A program made the position numbers and the translations under genes. The notes under the pieces were generated by a model, which did not search any database, was not told the DNA's origin, and saw only the letters and a list, made by a program, of their open reading frames with translations. A DNA stretch of 63,007 nucleotides, filler included, from Craspedostauros australis (lineage: Eukaryota), in NCBI GenBank assembly GCA_030167865.1. It is 12 parts of 12 records of this genome, joined end to end, with 100 filler letters (N's around TTAATTAATTAA, not from the genome) between each part and the next. Parts side by side here need not be neighbours in the genome. Positions count along the whole stretch, not along the records: positions 43,264 to 49,184 come from JALAGF010001614.1; positions 49,285 to 50,841 come from JALAGF010001616.1; positions 50,942 to 52,448 come from JALAGF010001617.1; positions 52,549 to 53,662 come from JALAGF010001618.1; positions 53,763 to 57,971 come from JALAGF010001619.1; 7 more parts are not named here. One strand, given 5' to 3'. Below, one piece after another: positions 46,401 through 55,233 of the stretch (its first letter is position 1; every line of letters begins with the position of its first letter).

Positions 46401-47290
46401 TCCGCCATTGGGTACACCCGGACCCAGTGAAACGGGGTGCAGTAGATCATGGCGCATTTGTTGCCACGAATCGACTTGGTCTTCGCGTGCATGGTGTCGG
46501 CGTAGAGTTGGGTATTGAGCCGACGGTATCGTAATTGCATGGCGTATGGGTTGAGACGGCGTGTTCCCGACGAATGACGAAAGTCGCGGATGGCTAGTTG
46601 TGTTGTTGCCTCAAGAGTGCGTGATGCGGCTTCCGTTCCAATGCGCCAGCGTTGCGCGAGAACATCGGGTGTGATAGTCCCCTTTCGATTGGATGTGTGG
46701 GTGCCATGGATGTTGATGGACGATATGGTTCGTTGTGATGAGAGAGATGCTCGGATGGCGTCTTCGTCGTCCCCTGACGACCACTGGGAGGGGTCCCATG
46801 TGGCCTCTTGTGTCATCATGACGTGGATACAGTCACGATCGGATTGGACTTCTTGTTGTGTTGGCTTCCTAATATGGAAGTAGGAAACGGTGCCTTGTAA
46901 TCGTAATGGGATGTGCAGGTCGTCGTCGGATGATATCACAGAGTGGTCTTCCGTTTTCCGTTCGTGCTCTTTGATCATAAGCAGAGGAACATCATTCACG
47001 ACTATACCCGCAGCCCTCATTTGATTTGGGCATAACAAAGGATGTTCAAGACGAGGAAAGTAGATCGATTGTGGAAAGAAAAGAATAAATGTTTGATATG
47101 TAATTGGATCATCGTATGCTATCGCAGCTGTGACGATTGGTGCATTATCGATGGATCCAAGTGAGTCAATAAATGGGGTTGCAGTGACAGTTTGATCGGT
47201 CTGATGCACAATGTACGCAGTGTCACCAAAGCAACATGTATCCGCATGCGAATCGAGCTCTGCCCGTGGGGTATCAGATGACAGAGACAT
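43424..47290 (-). CDS. pol: Pol polyprotein, copy 2 (1288 aa)
   Basis: Same length and motifs as copy 1, with few amino-acid changes. Confidence 0.96.
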   Translation of the reverse strand: MSLSSDTPRAELDSHADTCCFGDTAYIVHQTDQTVTATPFIDSLGSIDNAPIVTAAIAYDDPITYQTFILFFPQSIYFPRLEHPLLCPNQMRAAGIVVNDVPLLMIKEHERKTEDHSVISSDDDLHIPLRLQGTVSYFHIRKPTQQEVQSDRDCIHVMMTQEATWDPSQWSSGDDEDAIRASLSSQRTISSINIHGTHTSNRKGTITPDVLAQRWRIGTEAASRTLEATTQLAIRDFRHSSGTRRLNPYAMQLRYRRLNTQLYADTMHAKTKSIRGNKCAMIYCTPFHWVRVYPMAERKEAHRTLDELFRDHGIPHTIIPDNAKELVAGEFRRKLHRAQVSIRPIEAYIHNQNKAEATIRELRRHYRRLMTSTNTPEYLWDYCFEYCAEIRSHTALAIHDLHGETPATILSGDTADISHIAEFGWFDFVWYINIQDASMNVKQLGRYLGPSRSVGDAMCSYILTANGVVVSKSSVLPLSHDDTHSDVIAHKCNEFMDTLRSKWKQRMEGITIDDDGDDVDDTAEDIDILQNTEPLEQIMEPDDVDSATFDKYIATKVILPAGDEMQHGTVKQRKRDTEGHLIGRSHPNPMLDTAQYEVEFLDGHHEVFSANQIAENIYARIDDDGYTVVLMDEIIDHKRLPSISSPSPHSKSTKGWKLCIRWKDGSTSWIHLRDAKEADPVRVAEYAADNKLINEPAFKWWVPHTLRKRQRIIMATKRRHVRKNEMFGVELPTSVCHALAIDAATGTDLWRQAIAKEMKAVRPAFDIKELDTPDPVGYQYMECHMIFAVKVDLTRKARLVAGGHMTEAPATITYASVVSRESVRIAFLIAALNDLDILAADVQNAYLNAPCRERIYTRCGPEFGSDQGKIAIICRALYGLKSSGAAWRAHLAETLRESLGFTSCRADSDVWMKPAVASDGSEYYEYVLMYTDDILAVSKQPRRILDAIDSHFFLKPSSIGPPTTYLGSTISQFHLTADPSRPKWSMGSQEYIKSALKIVTKYLTEHNLRLKTKAPSVLPNNYRPELDGSQMCDTEQTTFYQQLIGILRWTVELGRIDVCCETSMMASYCVAPRIGHLHALFHMFAYLKSHDRSRLVFDDAYIDKPPVMQPNWNDFYPDAHEQLPADMPPPRGKEVQMTCFVDADHAGDRVTRRSRTGVLLFLNTSPILWYSKKQNSIETSTFGSEFTALKVATEIIIGMRYKLRMMGIPLDGPADVRVDNQSVVYNSSLPESQLRKKANAIAYHFVRESIAAGILVVQHEPSETNLSDMLTKQQQGPRRKEQAQRVLF

Positions 47291-47326
47291 GCTGACGGAT
47301 GTGAGCCGTCTCGTATGACCTTGCGG

Positions 47327-48814
47327 TCAGGAACGTCCTTGTTGGTTGCGACGGGTAGCCATGCTGCCGATCCCGGCTTGATTGTTAGTGCCGGTTTGGC
47401 TGTCGCCTTGATTCGTAGCGTCACGTGGCCCATAATGCCCATCTGTCTCGTCGTGAGAGCGTTTCGATGGTGTGTTCCTGCCCACCGACATGACCCCACG
47501 GCGCTTGTCTCGTTCAGCACGCATCTCAAGTGCCTTGGTCTTCTGTGCGGATGACATGACCGACCATTCGTCGGGTGAGTAATGGCGATCAGTGATGACC
47601 ATGTTCGGATCATATTTCTTGGGTTTGCCTTGACCTCCACGGCCACCCTTGCTTGGTGTTCCGTTACGGTTGCCACGACCGCCTTTGCCGCGATCCATCG
47701 AACCAATGGAGCGTCTGGGTGACGCAATCTGTTTATGGTCAATGACTTCGCTTAGGACATTGATGGCTCCCGGTAGGTCTTCACGAAGAGCTTCGTTGAT
47801 CTTGATAGCAACGCATGCACTGTCGAGGCGAGAATCACGGATACCATCAAGGAAATGGCGCACTTTCGCCGCGTTCACGAGTGGTTCACCGCATCGTGCC
47901 ATGTCTTCGAATGCACCTTTCATGATCTGTGCATATCGTTCGAAGGAGAACTGACGCGATTTGCCGTCATAAAAGCTGGTTGCAATCGTCTTGGATGCTG
48001 CTGCCTTGGTGCGTGCCTGAAAGGAGTCGCCGTGATAGTGTTCTTTGAGTGCGATGAATGCTGCACGACCATTGCGTGCGCGCTCAAAGCCTTGGACCCA
48101 TGCCCATGCGGGTCCGCCGTGTGTGACATGGCGAACCACTTGCCACACTTTCGCGTTGTCTGCGTCGTAGCGGATGCCTTCATGGATTGCACGATCGATC
48201 AGTTCCTCCTTCATGGTGGGTACACCAAATCCGGTGTTGACTGGAGGCGTGCGGTCTTCAGGTTTGCGTGCGTCCTCTCGGATCACATAGGAGAGCGGAG
48301 CATCAAATGCACCATGTGTATTCTCCAAGAAGTTCTGGATGTCTTCGAGACTGTCACGGACTCGGTCCACTTTGACCAGCCGTTCTGGCATATCCATCTC
48401 GGTTTCCTTCTTAATGCGTTGTTCCTCAAGAAAGAGTTCCCACAATGCCACAAGGCGATCCATTGTTGCCTCTCCTGCTGTAAACGGGCGTTGAATGCGT
48501 TGGAAATGGAATCGTGCGTAACGTAGTTGACGCAGCTTGGTCTCATGCACCCAGCCGATGCTGATGCCTGGGTCCTTGATTTGTGGTGGTACATTGCCTT
48601 TGGCTCCTGCCTTGTAGGCGGGGTTTTCGATGAATCCACTACCATCGCAAATGCGCTTGCACAGGGCAGTAACGCCTTCATCGGTGATGGAGAGGAAATC
48701 GTCGAATTTGGTCAGGCCTTGGTCCTCAAGGGCATCGACGATGTCATCGTCTGGGAAGCTAAGTACGTTCTTGCAATAGTCACGTATCTCGTTGGCGTTT
48801 GCAGCGGCTGCCAT
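47327..48814 (-). CDS. gag: Gag-like protein, copy 2 (495 aa)
   Basis: ATG at 48814 corresponds to 40900 of copy 1; the longer ORF-track start is not conserved in copy 1. Confidence 0.88.
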   Translation of the reverse strand: MAAAANANEIRDYCKNVLSFPDDDIVDALEDQGLTKFDDFLSITDEGVTALCKRICDGSGFIENPAYKAGAKGNVPPQIKDPGISIGWVHETKLRQLRYARFHFQRIQRPFTAGEATMDRLVALWELFLEEQRIKKETEMDMPERLVKVDRVRDSLEDIQNFLENTHGAFDAPLSYVIREDARKPEDRTPPVNTGFGVPTMKEELIDRAIHEGIRYDADNAKVWQVVRHVTHGGPAWAWVQGFERARNGRAAFIALKEHYHGDSFQARTKAAASKTIATSFYDGKSRQFSFERYAQIMKGAFEDMARCGEPLVNAAKVRHFLDGIRDSRLDSACVAIKINEALREDLPGAINVLSEVIDHKQIASPRRSIGSMDRGKGGRGNRNGTPSKGGRGGQGKPKKYDPNMVITDRHYSPDEWSVMSSAQKTKALEMRAERDKRRGVMSVGRNTPSKRSHDETDGHYGPRDATNQGDSQTGTNNQAGIGSMATRRNQQGRS

Positions 48815-49184
48815 GTTGATGATGTTCGTGTGTAGTGTTGTTGCTGATGATAAGACGAAGGAAGGAAGTAGTGAAGGAAGAAGGGTTTTTGTGGTGTCAA
48901 GAAAATCACACTGGGACATGGTGTGTTTTCGACGTGAAAATGGTTCAACGTGTGTTTTCCGCGGTGTCGATCCGCGATGAGAAGCACAGACCGGGCAACA
49001 AGGCACACGATCTTTTCGCTGATGACAGCGTGTGTCTCAGTAGGGATTTCCGTGTGACCTACGGTCGGTGCGTCCACCAGTGTCATCAACACCTCGCAAT
49101 GCGAACGGTGAGATTGCATCCCGTTGACGCCGGTCACATTGCGTCAACACATCATGGTCAAAGAGGATGCAGCACAGTACAAGC

Positions 49185-49284
49185 NNNNNNNNNNNNNNNN
49201 NNNNNNNNNNNNNNNNNNNNNNNNNNNNTTAATTAATTAANNNNNNNNNNNNNNNNNNNNNNNNNNNNNNNNNNNNNNNNNNNN
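49185..49284. other. Artificial contig linker
   Basis: N44-TTAATTAATTAA-N44. Confidence 0.99.
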
Positions 49285-49401
49285 AGTATACTATTGACAC
49301 GAATGTAGTTATACCGTCCAAGTGCGTATGAGAGAATAGCGGGTGAACGATGCACATATACACGTACACCTCGACATATACTCACATGTACATCTCGACA
49401 C

Positions 49402-50841
49402 GTGGACGACTGCACGGATCACTGCTGGAGTTTCTTTCTCAAGAACAAAAGTGATCAACCAGGATACATCAAACGATTCGTCCANACGATCAAGTCACAG
49501 ACNGGTGACCAACAGATCANCTTCCGAGGTGACAACAGCGGAGAGAACAAATCCACGCAGGATATTCTCATCGATGCAGGACTCAACGTGAAATTCGAAT
49601 TCACGGCATCGAACACGCCGCAACAGAACGGTAGGGTAGAACGCAAGTTCGCGTACCTCTGCACCAAGATCCGCTCCATGCTCAACAGAGCACAGCTCAA
49701 CGAAGAGTATAGGCATGGCCTGTGGGCAGCAGCTGCGAGCACTGCCACCGCTATCGCCAACATCACTGTAGCGAAGAACCAGAAGGAGTCACCACATCGC
49801 CAATTCTTTGGCAACGATCCACCATATGCGGAAGCACTCCGCACGTTTGGAGAGGTGGGTGTTGTGAAGACTGCCTACGGCGGGATCACCGCCAAACTCA
49901 AGAATAGAGGAGAAGAGATGGTGTTCATCGGATATGCACACCAACATGCATCACGAGTATACAACATGTACAGACCATCCACCAAATCACTGGTCTGTTC
50001 TCGCGACATCAAATGGCTCAATCAATCATACGGACAGTTCCGTGGCTGGGCACCAGCACCGAACATATCCAGCGAAGCAGGAACGATGGACGCAGACGGC
50101 TTCACAACCATCGGACGGAAGGGAGCAATGCCAAGGACGGCAACGCGTCGAACATCAGAAGCAAAGAGAGTATCTTTCGCCAACACGAACAAATACCACA
50201 TCCTATCAGACAGTGATGATGAGGATGACGAGGTCGATGGAATAGTAACGGAATTAACCCACAACAACGACGAAGATCGGAACGAATCCAATCATGAGGA
50301 TGACAAGATCCTACCATCCGGCGATGAAGCCAACGATGACACAGGCATCACTCCTCGAAACACACCAGCAAGGTCTACACATGACACACCATCGAGACCT
50401 CCACCAAGCAAACCAAGCAAGCGTGACATAGCTAGAAAGGAGAGGATCCGACGTCACGAAGCACAAGGCAGGAAGGGAGAAGCCAATCCCAAACCAACTA
50501 CAGGGAAGAGTATTCCCAGAGCTCTGCGTGAGCTCGCAGACTTCAATGAACGAGGTCGAAAGGAAGAAGGCTATGAGAGCGAATCATCATCCAATGAAGA
50601 TAGTGACGAACTCAACGACGAGATAACTGATGAATCTAACAACGAAACTGCAGATGACGAAGAAATCATAGACGAAGATGAAGAGATCGAGATCACTCAT
50701 CATAGCACAACAGGACTATACAGGATGAACGCAATCATCACCGAGGCACCAGCGATTGACATCGGACTGTCGATGCAGGACAAGAACAAGGAACCAGAGA
50801 AGCACATCGAACCAACGACATTCGATGGAGCCTTCAATCAT
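49402..50841 (+). mobile_element. Ty1/copia family B fragment: integrase core, SH3-like region and acidic linker
   Basis: VDDCT..CWSFFLKNKSD, RGDNSGE, TPQQNGRVER, FIGY, SRDIKW; homologous to 61320..62600. Confidence 0.9.
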
Positions 50842-50941
50842 NNNNNNNNNNNNNNNNNNNNNNNNNNNNNNNNNNNNNNNNNNNNTTAATTAATTAANNN
50901 NNNNNNNNNNNNNNNNNNNNNNNNNNNNNNNNNNNNNNNNN
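50842..50941. other. Artificial contig linker
   Basis: N44-TTAATTAATTAA-N44. Confidence 0.99.
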
Positions 50942-52448
50942 TTGCCTCTTGCTGAACCATTCAATGGGTGTCTGGTTCATCAGATGCAGCACTCCAGTGG
51001 CGGATCTGCCAGTCACTTTGCAGTGTAGCAAGTTGGCGTCGACGAAAGATGTCATGCGCACAGGCTTGCCCTTGGGGGACGGAACGTCATGGGGAAGCTC
51101 CTCTCCTGTGTTTCCATACACAGAGTAGAGCCAGTCATGCTTGGGGGCTTCGAAGTGGTCTTCATGCTGTGGGATTCCGGTACGGAAGCGGATGGAGCCG
51201 TCTGGATGCTTCCGAAGGTAGCCGTAGATACGCTTGGCCCGTTCGAGGTGGCCTTGACGAGGAGATGCTCTGAATCGAGCCAGGGTCATCACGGCAACGG
51301 AGATATCGAATCTTCCAAGCGAGATGCACCACTGAAGGGCACCGATCAAGGACATGAACTTCCTCTTGTCCAATTCTGAGAGCTCTGGTGAGGTATCCAA
51401 CTCTGGACTGTCGGATTTGTCCAGAGGACAGCTTGCCTTCTTTGGGAGTGCGCCAAACATGCGTTCGAAGTTTGTCAACATCCTTTTGATGTAGGAATGT
51501 GGACTCATCTTCAGAGTGCCATCTGGATCTCGACCAAAGTCAGCTCCCAGATGATATTCGATGGGACCGACGCCTTTCAGCTTGTAGCCGTACTTGGATG
51601 TCAATGCGTCAAAGAAGGAATGGGGATCCTTCATGACTGCCATCAAGTCGTCCACATAGACGCAGATGTACTCCCAGTGGGAGCCAGCATCATGCATCCA
51701 GACGTCAGGGTCAGAACGACATTGGGTGAAACCCATGTCTCTGAGAGTGTCGGAGAGAGCTTCGTGAAAACGAGCTCCAGAGGTACGCAGGCCATAGAGC
51801 GCTTTGACGATGCGCATCATATGGCCGGCATGCTCACCGAACTCTTCACCAGCAATGAAGCAGATCTTCTCCTTGGTGAATGCTTCAAGGTAAGCATTAC
51901 CGATATCACCCACCATGGTAGAGAGCCCATTGAGCTCACCTGCCAGGAGAGCGATGCGGAGAGAGCGGAGGCTGACAACCCCAGCATAGGACATGTCCTT
52001 GCACTGGTCTGTCAGATGACCTCCTGCAACACATCGAGCCTTGTGCCGTAGGTCATGCTTGACTGCATAGACCCACTGAAGGCGGATCTTCTGGTATCCA
52101 TCTGGTGGAGTCTGTTGCTTGCCCAGAGACTCGAATGTCCCATAGTCGAACAGCTGCTGCATTTCCTTCCGTTCAGCATCAGCCCAAAGGGTGTTGCCGT
52201 TCTTCCAGTCAAGCTGCATGGCCTCTTGATGGTTCCTGGGCACTTGCACACCAAATTGGAAGGTCGGGATGTTGCCGTGTGTCCGAGTCTTGGCGACATC
52301 AACTTGGCGTTGCATCCTCTCTTGGCGTTGGGAGAGGCGCTGGAGGCGCTTCCATCCCGGTTGCCCGAGGAGACCATGTTTGCGACCATACGCAGCACAT
52401 GTGGCAGGGTCGTCTTGGATCATTGCCGAAAGAGGCTCAGACGAAGTG
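50942..52448 (-). mobile_element. Ty1/copia family C fragment (CoDi-like RT and start of RNase H)
   Basis: KARCVAGGH, DIGNAYLE, ALYGLRTSG, YVDD, FVDAN; related to but clearly distinct from family A pol. Confidence 0.93.
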
Positions 52449-52548
52449 NNNNNNNNNNNNNNNNNNNNNNNNNNNNNNNNNNNNNNNNNNNNTTAATTAA
52501 TTAANNNNNNNNNNNNNNNNNNNNNNNNNNNNNNNNNNNNNNNNNNNN
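52449..52548. other. Artificial contig linker
   Basis: N44-TTAATTAATTAA-N44. Confidence 0.99.
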
Positions 52549-53662
52549 CGTCATCAAAGGCGTGCCCACGATGAAGCGTCCGACGAAGTTTTCCCAAAGA
52601 TGCACGAGCCTGTCCACGAACCACCATCTGATAAAGTAGATGTTTGTTTGATTGGTATACCCCTCTCTGTATCGGCCAATGGCGATCCACTTCGAGACAA
52701 TGATCACGAAGGTGAACGCGGTGGCCCAGACTGGGACGATCAGAGGGAAAAGCACCCACTCATGGTCGGAGAGGACCGTGGAATCGGCGATCGCATTTCC
52801 AACTTCGTATGCTGGGATAATGGGGAGTGCGAAGATGAAGAGTATGGCGAGCGCACCGATGGCCTGGATGACAGCGACGGTTGCTTGGGACAGTGGCCTC
52901 TCGTGTGGGACGGTGGCGAGCCTCCTGAGGGTTGAGAGGTTCCTTGGCAGAGGCTTCCCCGCTGTTGCCTCAAGAACCGCCTTCAGGTCACCGACCATTG
53001 GAAAGAGATCGAAGCAGTTTGGAGGGAGGGTGGCGCTGTACCGTATTGAAAGAGACTGTCGCAGCTCCAGCTCCATCAAGGATGACAGTCCAACATCCTT
53101 CCACGTGTCTTCGGCCTTCACATCAGAACCGATGCACCTCTTCACAAGCTCGTAGAAGTCCATGTCTCTGATATCGAAGTCTTCGATGATGGATTTCCTC
53201 GACGACAGGCGCTTGGATTGGCTTGCGAGGTTGGTATCGTGCGTACTGAAGAAGTGTGACTTTTCGATCACGTCAAGCACCACCTTCTGCGCTCCATCAT
53301 GCAGGCGTTGTCGATTTTGGCGTCTCTGGATCTTCCCGCTTGTTGTTTTGGAGATGGTGCGTTCTTTGACGGCTGCGATTGTTGCTGGTGTCAACCCGAT
53401 GTGTTCGATCACGGCCTTTCTGACCTCCCGACTCACCGATCCTGCATCCTCCGCACGGCTCGCTCGAATCTCAAAGACGATCTCGAGCTGTCCGTCATTT
53501 CCCGAATCGTCGGACGAGAAGGCAGCGACGCAGCCTGGACGGACAGCGGATGATGCCTCCTCGACGGCCTGCTCGATGTCTTGCGGGTAGTAGTTGACAC
53601 CGTTGACGATGATGATGTCCTTCTTGCGGCCGCAGATGTAGAGGTAGTCATCTTGGTAGAAT
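52549..53662 (-). CDS. Internal fragment of an NRPS-like enzyme: fatty acyl-AMP ligase-type adenylation C-terminus, carrier (ACP/PCP) domain, Pls-like membrane terminal domain
   Basis: The frame is open across the whole contig: YICGRKKDIIIVNGVNYYPQDIE...RPGCVAAF, KTTSGKIQR, then DVGLSSL (phosphopantetheine Ser), then two TM helices and KWIAIGRY...FIRWWF...GTP. Confidence 0.82.
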
Positions 53663-53762
53663 NNNNNNNNNNNNNNNNNNNNNNNNNNNNNNNNNNNNNN
53701 NNNNNNTTAATTAATTAANNNNNNNNNNNNNNNNNNNNNNNNNNNNNNNNNNNNNNNNNNNN
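53663..53762. other. Artificial contig linker
   Basis: N44-TTAATTAATTAA-N44. Confidence 0.99.
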
Positions 53763-54780
53763 TGGTCTGTTCGCAACATTCCAAGTCACCGGCAAACACC
53801 GCTGTGGAATGCGAAGTTGCAATTTGCTCGTTCTCGACTCTACAGGTTGTATTCGACCGTACCGGCAATTTGTCCGATACTACATGGTCTGTTCGCGACG
53901 TTCCAAGTCACCATCAAACACTGCTGTGGAATGCGACATTGCAATTTGCTCATTCTCGACTCCACAGGTTGTATTCGGCCGTACCGGCAAATTGTCCGAT
54001 ACTACATGGTTTGTTCGCGACATTCCATGTCATTCACACCCAACGCCGCAGGATGCGACATTGCAATTTGCTCGTTCTTGACTCCACAGGTTGTATTCGG
54101 CTGTACCAGCTAATTGTCCGATACTACCTGGTCTGTTCGCGACGTTCCATGTCATTCACGCCCAATGCTGTAGGATGCGACATTGCAATTTGCTCGTTCT
54201 TGACTCACCAGGTTGTATTCGACCACTCTAATAGATTTGCCAATACTACATGGTCTGTTTGCGACATTCCGTGCCATTTCACACCCAATGCTGCAGGATG
54301 CGACATTGCAATTTGCTCGTTCTCGACTCCACAGGTTGTATTCGACCACACCAGCCAATTGTCCGATACTGCATGGTCTGTTGGCAACGTTCCATGCCAT
54401 TCGCACCCAATACTGCAGGATGCGACATTGCAAATTGCTCGTTCTTGACTCACCAGGTCGTATTCGACCACACCAGTCAATTGGCCGATACTGCATGATC
54501 GGTTTGCAACGTTCCGTGCCATTTCACACCCAATGCTGCAGGATGCGACATTGCAATTTGCTCGTTCTTGAATCACCAGGTTGTATTCGACCACTCTAAT
54601 AGATTTTCCGATACTACATGGTCTGTTTGTGACATTCCGTGCCATTCACACCCAATGCTGCAGGATGCGACATTGCGATTTGCTCGTTCTTTACTCACCA
54701 GGTTGTATTCGACCACTCCAATAGATTTTCCAATACTACATGGTCTGTTGGCGACATTCCAAGTCATTCACCACCAATGG
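53763..54780. repeat. Tandem array of 122-123-bp units, at least 8.3 copies, running off the contig edge
   Basis: TGGTCTGTT-like unit starts at 53763, 53885, 54007, 54129, 54251, 54374, 54496, 54619, 54741. Confidence 0.95.
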
Positions 54781-55233
54781 TGTGGAGTGTGAAGTTGCGA
54801 TGCATTGGAGCCAGCTTCTATTGGTCCACATAGCCACATGGGAAGGTATTGGCATTGTGGCAGAACTCAAGACCGTGCTGGTTTGTTTTTGCATGAGGTA
54901 AGAATGGGAGAAACCAAACACCCCGCACCAGCGTACCTGTATGGACCATGACGCCTACAGAGAGAGAAGTGTTCGAAAATGACAGCAACATCCGCATCGT
55001 CAACCCAAATGTCCACATGTTCCGCCCAAAACAAACCAAGGTTGCCATACAATAAAAAATGCAACACTCACACGCACATCCACACATCAACCCATCAACA
55101 CATTTGCACATTGGTACATCCGCACATTGGTGCATCAACACTTGTGCACATTGACACATCCACACGTCCACGTATCCACACATCAACACATAGAACCAAC
55201 AATTCAACAGCACAACATTGCAGACACTCCACA

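Larger units (their letters stand above)
43264..49184 (-). mobile_element. Ty1/copia retrotransposon family A copy 2 (internal region only; both LTRs outside the contig)
   Basis: Colinear with 35350..41263 and begins at the same base; intact gag and pol. Confidence 0.95.

Noticed and set aside
53763..54780. Tandem array as a CRISPR array or a repeat-protein gene
   Set aside because: Whole units are homologous with no unique spacers and no cas genes; the 122-123-bp period breaks reading frames.
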